Assembly (NCBI GenBank): GCA_030704615.1
Contig: CM060731.1
Location: 72,664,001 to 72,728,000 of the forward strand
Origin: Takakia lepidozioides
Lineage: Eukaryota > Plantae > Bryophyta
Reading direction: 5' to 3'
DNA length: 64,000 bases
This document shows, one piece after another, positions 12,992 through 24,160 of this stretch. How positions within the stretch are numbered: position 1 is the first letter of the stretch; every line of letters starts with the position of its first letter. Under the pieces are notes generated by a model. That model was given only the letters and a program-made list of their open reading frames with translations. It did no database searches and had not been told where the DNA came from. The translations under genes and the position numbers were made by a program.

Positions 12992-13433
12992 ATGGACCCT
13001 GGTATGGGTCGCGGATTTTTTTTTTATGGAGGATGTAGTTTTGGGGGGAGGAGAGGATTCTGTGGATTTGTTCATGTATTTTGGGCCAAGGTACACCCAC
13101 CGGGAGTGGCAATTATTGCAGACACACGGCCTTGGGTCCTTGATCCATCCTTACATCCTTGTTGTGAACGACGATGATGTAAGGGCGAGAAATTTGGGCC
13201 GCAAAGCCCATATTTATTGTGACGAAAACCCCGATGTGTACGGCAACGTGGCTGGGCTCATCAACAGTTCAGTTACCTTACCGTCGGGCCACACCGCCAA
13301 CGTGTTTTGGGATGAGCGCCATGACGGGGATAGTAGATTGGACCCTAACATCACCACTTTTGTGATGACATGTGCAAGGAGGACCATTAGGGCTGGAGAG
13401 GAGTTGTTTGCAGAGTATGACTTCAGGCGTTAG
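12992..13433 (+). CDS. SET-domain (lysine methyltransferase-like) ORF with a 1-nt frameshift; probably CACTA cargo
   Basis: GMGRGFFF/MEDV..G (motif I, split by the T10 run at 13016-13025), MYFG, GNVAGLINSS (cf. GNxxRFINHS), ARRTIRAGEELFAEY (cf. A.R.I..GEEL..DY). Confidence 0.8.
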
Positions 13434-13798
13434 CCGACTTTCATCATGTGTAGATGGACGTAGGAAGACATTTTGTACATTGAGGTGGCTTCCTCCACCA
13501 TGTATATATATACATAGGCATTGATGTGTATTTGGATGCAGTTTTTCATGCTATATTAAATGGAGTCTGGGTGGACGTTATATGTGAATTCATATATTTT
13601 GAATTATATAGTGTCTCCTTCATGTGGTGAAGCAATGTATGTATTCCCCTCGTGTGCATAATGTGTACTTTGGGTTTTATCCTGTATGACAATGAACAAC
13701 GCCATGTATGGAAATTGATAATGACATGGTTGTTTTTGGCATCTTAGGATGCCGGCCACAACCCCACGACGTTAATTCATGAAGTTCATGATCTTGTC

Positions 13799-16580
13799 AT
13801 GAACCGGGATTTTGTTCCTTCGGAGGGGGGTGCGTATCAAAGGGACCCGACCCCGTCTGAAATGGCGGTCTCCGATGATGAGGACAACAATGACAATGGA
13901 ATTATGCATGAGGATGTGGCAGCAATGGAGGACCTCTTAATGCATCAGATGGGAGATGAGGACACTGACTCTTTGAATGACATGGAAAAAGAAGCCAAAA
14001 CTCCCTTATACGAAGGGGCCAAAGTGAGTAGACTTTCAACCATCTTGTTGTTGCTGAATTTGCAAATCCGGTTTGGCATAAGCAATGTGGGTATGTCCAC
14101 CATAATGTGGATTATTGCGGACTACATCCTTGCCCCACATTTGAAGCCGAGAATGCCACGATCAAGAAAAGAGGCAAGAGCAGCCTTGGATGTTGTGGGG
14201 ATGGGCTATAAGATTTTTCATGCATGTCCATGTGATAAAACCCTGTACTACGGAGAGGATGTGAAACTCACCAAGTGTCCAAAGTGCAACAAAGACCGAT
14301 ATCGGGATGATGTTCAAGGGAAGAAAGCTCCGTGCAAGGTATACCCGTGCCACACACTTGTATATACCTTTTTGCAACCGCTACAAGACGTAAGGTTTTA
14401 CTTAGAGATATGAATGACACTGATTATGATATGGGGCCGACATGGGGATGGTGCCAGAAAATGCACTACTTTCCAATCATCCCGCGACTGCAGGCACACT
14501 ACCGAAGCCCCTCATTGGCAGAACTGATGAGATGACAGCCTCACATCGGAGCCCCCCGGGAAAGGTGTGCGGGCCACAAGATTCACAAGCATGGAGGCAT
14601 ACTGAAGAGATGTGGCCTTTTCTCTTAGAGGACCCACGACATGTCCGCCTTGGCTTCTCCTCGGATGGGGTCAACCCATACTCTGTCCAGTCATGTAGTC
14701 ATTCCACTTGGCCGGTGACCATGGTGAATTACAACATCCCTCCGTATCTTTCAATAAAAAAAGGCCATATCATGTTGGCTGCCATTGTACCGGGTGAGTG
14801 TTCCCATTTCATGCTTATTATTTCTTTGGATTTTACATTAATCTTCTTCTCTTTGGCGCAATTCCGATGGAAGATTGATGAGTGACGTAATCATGTAGTA
14901 AGATGTGTCATTCATTATGAAGTATAATTAGCATGGTGGAGCATTGAAACAATTAATGGTGTGAAAGTCTCATAGGGAAAAAACAAGTGAAAAACAAGGA
15001 CACGTACTTGCGACCTCTAGTTGATAAACTGAAGGAGCTATGGAGGGAGGTCCCGGCATTGGATGCTTCACTTGACCCTATGGCCGGACAATCTTTTCAG
15101 ATGAGAGGCATCTTGTTTTGGACAATGCATGATTATCCAGGTATATTATGTTCTCCATGAGAAACCCGCGTACATTTACCTGTCAAGGGATATTGATGAG
15201 GATTGGGATTGATTGAAGTAACGGCAACAGTCTTCTGTACCGTAGTGGGGTAGATGCACATGTAAACTTTTTGTCTTTCCTAATGTGGCGGAATGTCTAC
15301 AGGACTTACTGTTTGCTCGGGGTTGAGCACTAAAGGGTATCATGCATGCATGCATTGTGGTGATGAACTTGATGCACAAAGCTCCAGCAATCTTCGCAAG
15401 ATGGTGTATCCCAACTACCGCAAGTTTCTTCCTATGAGCCATCATTGGAGAAGAAGAGACAAACACTTGTTTGATGGCAAAGTGGAGTTATGTCCCCTAC
15501 CTGTGACACCATCCGGGCACTTTTGGGAAGACCGATGGAAGGAGGCCCATCCGGAGGAGTCCGGTGAAGTGGAGGTGCCCGGCATGAAGCGGCTTTCAAT
15601 CTTCTACGAGTTGCCATATTGGGCGGTACATATTCCACAAAAACACCATCAATATTGCTATGCATGCATGTGATATTGCATGTTTTGTATGATTTCCATT
15701 GTCACTTTCACGACAAAATAGACGTGTAAGAATTTGTGGGTGGGGATATGTGTAGGACCTGAAGATTCGTCATCTTCTAGATCCCATGCATATTGAGAAG
15801 AATGTTTGCTTGTCCTTTTTTCGTGTTCTTCATGGCACGTCGGCAAAGAAGGAAGTGGCTGCGAAAGGAGATTCTCTCGGTGATAGAATAGAACTTGAGG
15901 AGCAGGGTCGCATGCCCCATCTATAGGCCGAAGAAAATGGTTTGGACCCAAAGGGTGTTGTACGGTGGAAGTATAGGCGTGCACCTTGGCAATGGACAAA
16001 GGAGAAATACAAGAAAGTGATAGCCACCATAGGAGCTGTCCGAACACCAACTGGTTATGGGTCATCCCTCCAAGAATGAACGGGGCCGGCAATCGAAGCC
16101 TCTTCCACTAAGTGCACTACCAAGTGCACTTGGATGTCAAAGAAAGAGGGAAGAAGGTGCATCTCCAACATACACATGACCACCGCCGCCTCCTTCTTCA
16201 TGCGTGGAAAGTCCGCTTCCTCCAACTCTTTGGAGCAAATCCACCGGAACAATGCTCACAATCTATAGACTGTCTCGCGAACCTCGGGAGTCAATGTCCC
16301 ACGTATTGCAATGGGCAAGATGTCTTGCAATAGATTGTGGTAGTCATGAGACTTCAAACCATGGACCCCGTCTTACCTTGAGCGATACATGAAGACTTTG
16401 AAAGCACATGTAAGACAAATGACACACCCGGAGGGTAACATGGCGGAGGGGAATACATTGCAAGAGGCTATGTTCTACTGCATGGAGTACTAGGCAGGGG
16501 TGGATAAGGAAGCCCCTCCGATGTGGAAGGAAGATGAGGATGTACGAATCAAGGACATCGTTTTGCCCAAAAATTCAAGA
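13799..16580 (+). pseudogene. CACTA TnpD/Tnp2-family transposase (Transposase_21 and DUF4218-like), intron-containing and disrupted
   Basis: HACPCD..LY..CPKC..DRY; HYFPIIPRLQ; DPRHVRLGFSSDGVNPY..STWPV..NYNIPP; WTMHDYP; SIFYELPYW; LDPMHIEKN; GLKSHDYH; LERYMKTLK..PEG. Confidence 0.88.
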
Positions 16581-18927
16581 GGGTAAAATTACCCATCATG
16601 GTGATTAACCAAGCGCATGAGTTCATACTGAAGAACACCCCATCCATACATGAGTGGGAGACAAGATACAATAACCTTGTTCAGCAACGACAGGAGGAGA
16701 CGGTTGCGTGGAGGCGGAACCATGCAAGGGCGACTACACGCGCTCCGCAAGCAAGGGGCCGGCGTAGGAATGTGCCTTCACAAGAATTGCCCATGGAATT
16801 GTAGCCTCTAAGTTCATTATGCATTGGCTTCTGATTGAAGTAGAGGATAGCATTGCGAAAGGTAAGGTGGTTTCAGATTTGGTGCAAGACATTGCAAGGG
16901 GTCCATCTCAATTTGCAACCTCATACATGGCGATTTGGGTTCATGGTCGTGCGGATGTTGGAGAGGAAGATGAAGACATGGTCATTGAAACCGAGGTGGA
17001 AGATGATTCAGATGTGCCTTTTGGTGACCAGGCCATTTATGACAATGACTCTGATGAGGAGCAAGACTTGCAACTTAATGAGGACGAAGAAGCTCCGGAA
17101 TATGATGGTCAAGTTGATTAGACACGTAATCAAATCTACATAATAATTCTCGTACATAATTGTACCCATCCCTTCGATTGATTGTACATGTACATGCCTG
17201 TAGCTTATTTCTATGATTGATTAATGAAAAATCCATGAAAAAAATCCTTTGTAGGTGTGGCGATCTAAGAATGATTCTAATGAAGTTGTGACTCGAAAAA
17301 ATGACTCTAGGATTGTTGAGTTTTTGTACGAGGGCAAGAATGTTGGAAGATATGGTTCTTGTTCTACAAGTGCTGACCAAGACTTACCCCTGCAAACCCT
17401 TCAATCGATTTGGTTACCATGATCTCGATGCAACAAAAAGAATCTTCGAAATTGGTGTGAAAGACAACAATGTTGCTAAAGCCATTGCCAAAGCAATCTA
17501 CCCTCAACCCTCTAATCCCATGGCCCTTCCCTTTTCCTTTCCTAGTGTCCCCACCCCCTCTTCCTGCCCTTTGTCTTTAACAATAAGGCCGCCCGGGTTG
17601 ATCACGGTCTCCCACATGCAAGATAGACCTGTTATATTGTAGCACAGAAGGAGGACTAAAAAGATTTGCAACAATGGATCCATTCAGCTTGGCCTCTGCC
17701 ATGACCTTTGCAAAGACACAGAAAAGGCGATATTGCGATTCCCCGCCGTCGCAGACCTGTTGGGGCATCACAATGCCGTCGCAAGGTGACCCCTGGAGGT
17801 CCAACCCCCTACATTTACAATATCTATGATTGCGGATTTGTCCGACGTAATGATTTTTGTTTTAGCTCTATTTTGTTTTGTGAATGCAAACCCCAGACCA
17901 CTACATCCATGGAAAACATTGGACCAAACAAAAAAAAAAACAAAAAAAAACAAAGAGTTTCTTTCACTCACTATTGCGGAACTCTCTATGGAGAGTGCAT
18001 GAAGTTGAAAAGAACTCAACTTGGGAGTGCAAATGAGGGAAGAAAATATGGTTTTCAGTCCAAATGATTTTTATTCACTCCCAAAATTTGCACACGCATT
18101 GCAAACGCTGTCATTAAGCATATGGCTTGGGAACAGAATAAAACAAAATCATGTGCATGTGCAAAAAAACATCATCCCACCTGAGGGGATGAGGAGGAAG
18201 ATGTGGTGGCGGCCGTCAAGTTTGCTGGGATCGGCATCAATGGTGGTAAAAAGAACTCTGGCCCTGTTATACAGCAAGAGAGAAGGAGCACTATAAAGAT
18301 TGGAAGAAGGGGATCAATTGACCCTGGCCTCAGCCATGACCTTTGCAAAGAGACACTAAACAGGGCCTCTCTGCGACTCCCGGACGTCGCAGGCCCGTCG
18401 CATTACTGCTGACGGGCGACTTCTAGCAGTCGCAAACCCCACGAGGTGGCGTGCCCTCGCTACGTGGCGGCCAAGGGGGAAATGGCATCATTGCGACTCC
18501 CCAACGTCACGGCCCTGTAGGAGCGTCGCCCCAACAGACATATGACTGCGGGGAATTGCAACCTCGCCATTGTGGCATTGCGGCGACGTCTGGACGTCGC
18601 AAAACCTAGCACGACCTGACTCGGCCCTCCCCACGCGCCTAAGTGTGTGGGGGTGTTCCCGACAATCGCAGCCTTGCGGGAGCGTCGTAGAGGGTAAGTG
18701 CGACGTCCGGGCGTCGCAACCCTCAGCTCGCTGGCGGGTCATCCCCAACAACAACGACATGGCGGAATCGCAAGCAGGCGAAGCGTCACCGGAGCGGTGC
18801 GGCGGCGACAGGCCGACGTCGCAATTTCCGGGCCGGGCGCCTACGCGACGCTGCAGTCGCAGGAGGGTCGTCGCGTCTGGCGCACCCGAGGTCTCGGCGT
18901 CGCTAACCCCCCCTAAACGTAGTAGTG

Positions 18928-19301
18928 AGTACTGGGACTGGGAACAAGAATAGCTCGAACTTGTGTTGGCGAGATTGAAGAGTGTCCAGTCTCGCCTCCC
19001 ATATATACTGGCTACTAGGAAGTTCCCTAAGAAGCTTCCCCAATGGAGGTTTCTTGATGGAGAAGTTTCTTTAAACAAATGAGGTATCTTGATGGAGAAG
19101 TTTCCTCAAAATGAAGCTTCTTGAGCAGTTTCCCAAGTTATTCTCGATAATTTGGTATACTCCCGGTAACTTGGTAATTAATGATAACTTATGGTAAATC
19201 ATGGTAGATCATGATAAATCACAGTAATTTTCGATAAAATGGTAATTTGGTAACTTCTGATATTTACTCCTGGTAAGTTCATCTGGGCTATGTCCGTGAC
19301 A
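18928..19301 (-). mobile_element. Partial LTR of the same family as the Tcn1-like element at 28933-46837
   Basis: Reverse complement begins TGTCACGGACATAGCCCAGA and matches the first ~400 bp of LTR 28933-29542; cut by the CACTA end. Confidence 0.92.
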
Positions 19302-20710
19302 ATGCCTATAAGATAAAGTCTCCCAGCTTGTGGACAATGAAATATTATTTTCTTACCAGTGGGAGTAGAGTTACGATAGTACAGCGACCTGAAGAAAATT
19401 GTACTCTTTCCCTTACTTGTAAGTTGACCCACAGAAAGCAAATTCTTGGCCAAAGCTGGGACATATAAGACATCATCTATAATGGTCACTTGACCAGTAG
19501 ACACCTTGACAGAAATAGTCCCAATGCCTGTAGCTTGATGCTGACCATCATCACCCATGTATATAGTATGAGGTTTTGGTAATGACTCATAGATTTGAAA
19601 CCACCTTTGTCTAGTTGTCATATGTTGGGTGGCTCCTGGATCTAAGTACCAAGTCTCATGAAAGTCTTGACTATTGTCAGAGACTGGAGTAAAGAGATGC
19701 AATGGTTATGGATCGGAGGTAGCAATATTGGCTTGTGGTCGATATGCATGGGGTTTATTCACACCATTTGCTCTATTTTTCAGCCGTTTCCGGCATTCAG
19801 GGGCTTTGTGGTTTGTATGCCGCAATAACGGCATACCACTGTTGTTTTGTCCCAAGATTGGGAAGACCCAAGTCCAGTTTTGGGAAGGGAGCTTGAGCCT
19901 TCAGCGGATGAGGGTCTACTGGATACGTCGTCGCTTGATGGGCTGATTTTTAACATTAAAGACAGCTGATTTAGGATCAGTATCAGCTTTAATCATCCCT
20001 TCTTGGAGCATGTTGGCAACTAGGTCTGCCAAAGTTAAATTTGGCAAATTACCGTGAGTTGAAACAAATAAGCGCCAAGAAGAGGGAAGGGCTGAAAGCA
20101 AAAACATAATTTGCTGGTCTTTAGTAATTTGTAGACCTTCAATGGCAGCCTCATCAAGTGTGCCTTCCCATTCTTCCATAAACTCGGTGACAGACTGTGA
20201 TTCGGAGAGGGTTAGATTTATGATTCGCTTCTGTATTGCGACTTGAGAAGCTTTATTCGTATGTTGGTAGGTTGCCTTGAGCTTATCCCATACCTCCTTT
20301 GCGGTGGTAAGAACTCTCACCCACTGGATTTGACGGTCTCCATAGTGCAAGATGGTGTTGGCACGAGCCTTGCCATCTGGCACTTTCCAAGCGGCTTGTA
20401 AAGTTGCATCTGCAGCACCCGGGTCAGGATCGCTTCCAGAAACAACTTGCCACAATGCGGATCGCATTTGTAGCATCTCCAACTTAATGATCCAAACTGA
20501 GTAATTGACGCTGGTCAACTTCTCAATTTGATAAGCTCATGGAGGTGAACTTGAGGAAGCAGCCATGAGAGACCTTCTGGTCTATGGCAGAGCGTACGCC
20601 CTTGCTTATACAGTTTCAGTTGCTATCTTTTACAATCACGCTCTGATACCATGTAGAATTATGTCACAGGCTCATTGAAGCAATGCAAGAGAGAGAGTAA
20701 ATTCTCTACA
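19302..20710 (-). mobile_element. Ty1/Copia 5' part: LTR end, tRNA-iMet PBS, gag, zinc knuckle, protease
   Basis: PBS TGGTATCAGAGC (20640-20651); gag NYSVWIIKLEML..LW.VV, AKEVWDKLKATY, LLSALPSSW; protease WYLDPGATQHMT; DVLYVPALAKNLLSVGQL. Confidence 0.9.
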
Positions 20711-20779
20711 TGTTAATATATTTAAAAATGAGAGTGAGAGAACATTAAAGGTTCTCCCTAAAGGCACAATAGTCAACAG

Positions 20780-21570
20780 TCATAACCCTAAATATAGGCA
20801 CAACTGTCTAACTATGCACCATACCACCAATTGAATACACAGTCTAGAATATCCATGAACAGGTGCAATGCTTGGTGATGATGAATGAGGTTTGTTAGAG
20901 GATGTTGATGAAATCTCTCCAACAAAGAGTACTCCAGTTAGAGTAGAAATGAAACACTTTAGTCCAAATCCTCCTAGCTCTAGGACATAGGAACGAGCAA
21001 TGCTCAATCGTTTCATGCCCTCCATTATATAGAGTACAGTCAGGATTAGCTTCGTCAATGGCTGTTTTGACCGGGAGTATCCTTTCCATTCCCCTTTTTT
21101 CGATTACTCGGTCAAATTGGGCTACTCTCTCTTATGTCCCCCTCAATCCTTCACTAGAAAGTGACAGCATAAGTGGACTGCTAGCTTCCACGACCAAGAA
21201 GCCCGGAACCTTGTTTGGAAGGACATATGGATGAAAGACCGCTCTGCGAAGGTGTCTGCCTTCTTATGGAAGATTGCGCATAGGATACTCCAGTTGCTAG
21301 ACGTCTTTTTTAGTAGATTGACTGAATGGCTGATGCAGGATTCTGATAAGGTAGTGAGTCAGGCCCTCATGCAAAATATATGGGAGGTGCAATATCTTGG
21401 AGGTTGGAAACAACAACCACCAAATAGGTGTGGAGTATTGCTAACAGGCCAGGCTTGGCGGAAGTGAGTTGGGTTTACCCAAGACCTGCTAGCATTCTGT
21501 GTGTCCGATTGTGACATCCAAACAACCTTGGGCATGAAGGGCACTACTAAACTTTTCATGGTCAACCTGA
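20780..21570 (-). mobile_element. L1-like LINE ORF2 3' remnant (zf-RVT) with an internal inversion
   Basis: WKDIW...KVSAFLWKIAHRIL on the plus strand and ILPVK..PDCTLYNGGHETIEHCSFLCPRARRIW on the minus strand. Confidence 0.7.
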
Positions 21571-22217
21571 TGATAGCGTACTTCTATCATTGTCTTTGTC
21601 ATGGACGTGGGATATTGTTAGCATGGCCTGTGCTCATCTAATCCCGAGTTGTCATAATGGTTGGTCTGGATGCCAGGGTATATGCACATTCCACATACTG
21701 ATAAGTATTGAGGTTTACAATCAATTGGACACAGTTCACCATCCACCCTGGTAGTGCAACCGCCTGTGTTGACAGGGTAATGATGTATGGCAGGGCAACT
21801 ACTTGTATCAGGACAAAACAGTCTTTTGAGACCAGATCACAATCTATATGAGAGCTTCTGGAGAATAAGGGTCTCAGGTAAAACTCCCAGAGGACAACTC
21901 AAAGTCTAGTTTATGGTAAAGTACACTGCTGCATAGTGGTGGATCCTAACCTCAGGAGCACTCTCTGACTAGCTCAAAGAAGCTAAGCATTATCGACTAC
22001 CTACTTGTACAAGTTACATGCGATTTCAGTGCTGATGTCAACTGCATGAAACTCCAGGCTAGAGAAGGAGACGAGCTTGAATAGAAACTTCTGCTACTCA
22101 CATAAGTAGATATCACGGACCCCTCAGAAAATTATCCTCTCACCAGTAAAAACAAAACAATCCTTATCCTTGCCGCTTGCTCCGTGCAGGCTTCTTTTCA
22201 GTTACAATAACCCCAGA

Positions 22218-23742
22218 TCATAGGGTACCAAGTTTGCCAGAGATCCAGGCCTCAATCATCCTCTGAGAGCGGAGGTTTTGGTCAGAGGGGACCAAGTGTC
22301 CAGCCCCAACTATCACCACATGGCTCAATGTCTTGTGTGTGCGCACATACCCGGCCAAGACACCCTCCTCGTTCCAGACCTTCCTTCCAGAATCACAAAA
22401 AGATGGGGTGCCTTCCCAGGAGAGAGTGGCTATCCATTCTTCATTGGATGCAACTCCATCTTGGAGATCGAATTGACCCTGGTACAAGAGCACCGGTATC
22501 TGAGGCAGCACATACTCCAGCATCCACTTGCTGCTTTTCATGGTGTCATTTTGCATCTTGTCCTCCACCACATTGCTACATGATTCCCAGATGATGTTTG
22601 GATCAGCTCTGAGTGCCTTCTTTACGACTTCACTATTAACAAACAGAGTAAGAAAGTCGGTGCCATCATCGGTTGTGTAGTAGTGCACACTCCTGCGGAT
22701 GTCCAGCAAGGTGGCCAATCCTGTCACATTCTGAAGGGAGTCCAGCAGATTTTCCCTAGCTAAATGGGCTGCATACCACTCCTCATTCTCTACAAGTTCC
22801 ACCACCTGTTGACACAACAGTCAGATATATTTCAGTGGTGATGGACCATGGTCAGGCAAGTAATCCACAGGGGATCAGCTGCTCAGTGTTGCTTCAAGGC
22901 ATGATGATCGTCTGAGGGGCCCCAATCTAGCTGCCACTAGTCAATTGATGCTGCTCTTGCACTCGCAGCCAATTCAATTCAAAGACAATTGAAGCAGAAT
23001 TGGTTTTGAGTACCTGGTGAGCAAGTATATCGAACGACAATTTCTGCTGAGAATTAATCAGTCCCATGTAGTATGCAGTGGCAGCGTGCACCTGCACTTG
23101 CACAAGCGGATGAGTGAGGCCATTCCCGATGGCCAGGCCCTTCAATTCGAAGGGGGGTGGTGTGCGCTTGGCCAAAATGTGGCTGGCCTTTTCCATGCGC
23201 TTCAAAATATAGAATCCCAATGCTGGTACATACTTGCCCGCATAGCTCTCCCCAGCAATATACAAGGGACGCAATTCATATAGCGTGTTCCCTTTGAAGA
23301 AAACCCTGAGCGCCCGGTACAAATCCCGAGCTACATGGTGTTCATCGGATGGAATTTCGTCAGGGGTGCCACCAATGCTGAAGCCCGTTCCCACAGGATT
23401 ATCCAAAAACAGCAGGCCATACAGCCGATTCCATGGAGCTGCATTGCGATGTAGCTGCAGGTCTGCTTCCACTCTCCATGGCCCCAACTCGTAGAAATTC
23501 CCAATCATACCGGAGCATCCAGGGCCCCCCTGTAACCAAAGAATAATGGGGGTATTGGAGAGCTCATCTGCGGGGGAAATGGCTTCATAGTAGGCATAGA
23601 AGAGACGCGCCCCGCTGCTGCTGTTCACAGCCAGGTAGCCCGACGCTGTGGGTATCGCCTCTTCTGGAAATGGGTCCTCTGCCCCTGCCCATCCCTGCAC
23701 AGCCAGCAGCAGGCCCAGCAAAGCCAGCAACCACTCTGCCAT
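22218..23742 (-). CDS. Serine carboxypeptidase-like protein (S10 family, SCPL50-like); exons 23742-23014 and 22805-22218, about 438 aa
   Basis: Signal peptide; WLQGGPGCS; DNPVGTGFS; catalytic GESYAG; GQFDL; GAGHLVP; phase-0 GT-AG intron at 23013-22806. Confidence 0.93.
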
Positions 23743-24160
23743 CTCCTTGAGCTCCTCAAGCTTGAACACAGACCATAGCCATCACCATGCCTGCGGTTTC
23801 TGAATCCCAACTGCCACAGCAAAATTTTGAGAAAACATCCTGGAGTTTTACATGCTAAAAATATTTCTCGCTGTCATCCTTCTTCGAGGGCAAGTAATAG
23901 AAAAGGCCCGGGAGTTGAATGCGCCCTGGGCGGGTGTGCCTGCGTGGCCCGCCCCTCGCCCACCTAGGGATAGCAAAAAGGCTGTGTCGCAGAACTCCGG
24001 TCCGACCCCAAGCTCTTGTCAGTCGAATCTGGTGTAGCATTCTCCGTGCTGGAAGAGGAGGCATTGTTATGTATATTGTATGGTTGCACTGCATTTGATG
24101 CCCCATGACTCTCCAGAGTTCGTCTGACTGCATTTGTGAGCGAGGTCCTCCGCACTGAGC

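Larger units (their letters stand above)
12961..18927 (+). mobile_element. CACTA (En/Spm) DNA transposon, left end missing
   Basis: Right TIR ...CGTAGTAGTG (reverse complement CACTACTACG) ends at 18927; dense TGCGAC/GTCGCA subterminal repeats at 18370-18900; Tnp2-type transposase remnants. Confidence 0.85.

Noticed and set aside
18488-19078. 196-aa and 127-aa GC-rich ORFs
   Set aside because: They span CACTA subterminal repeats and an LTR fragment, so they are spurious.
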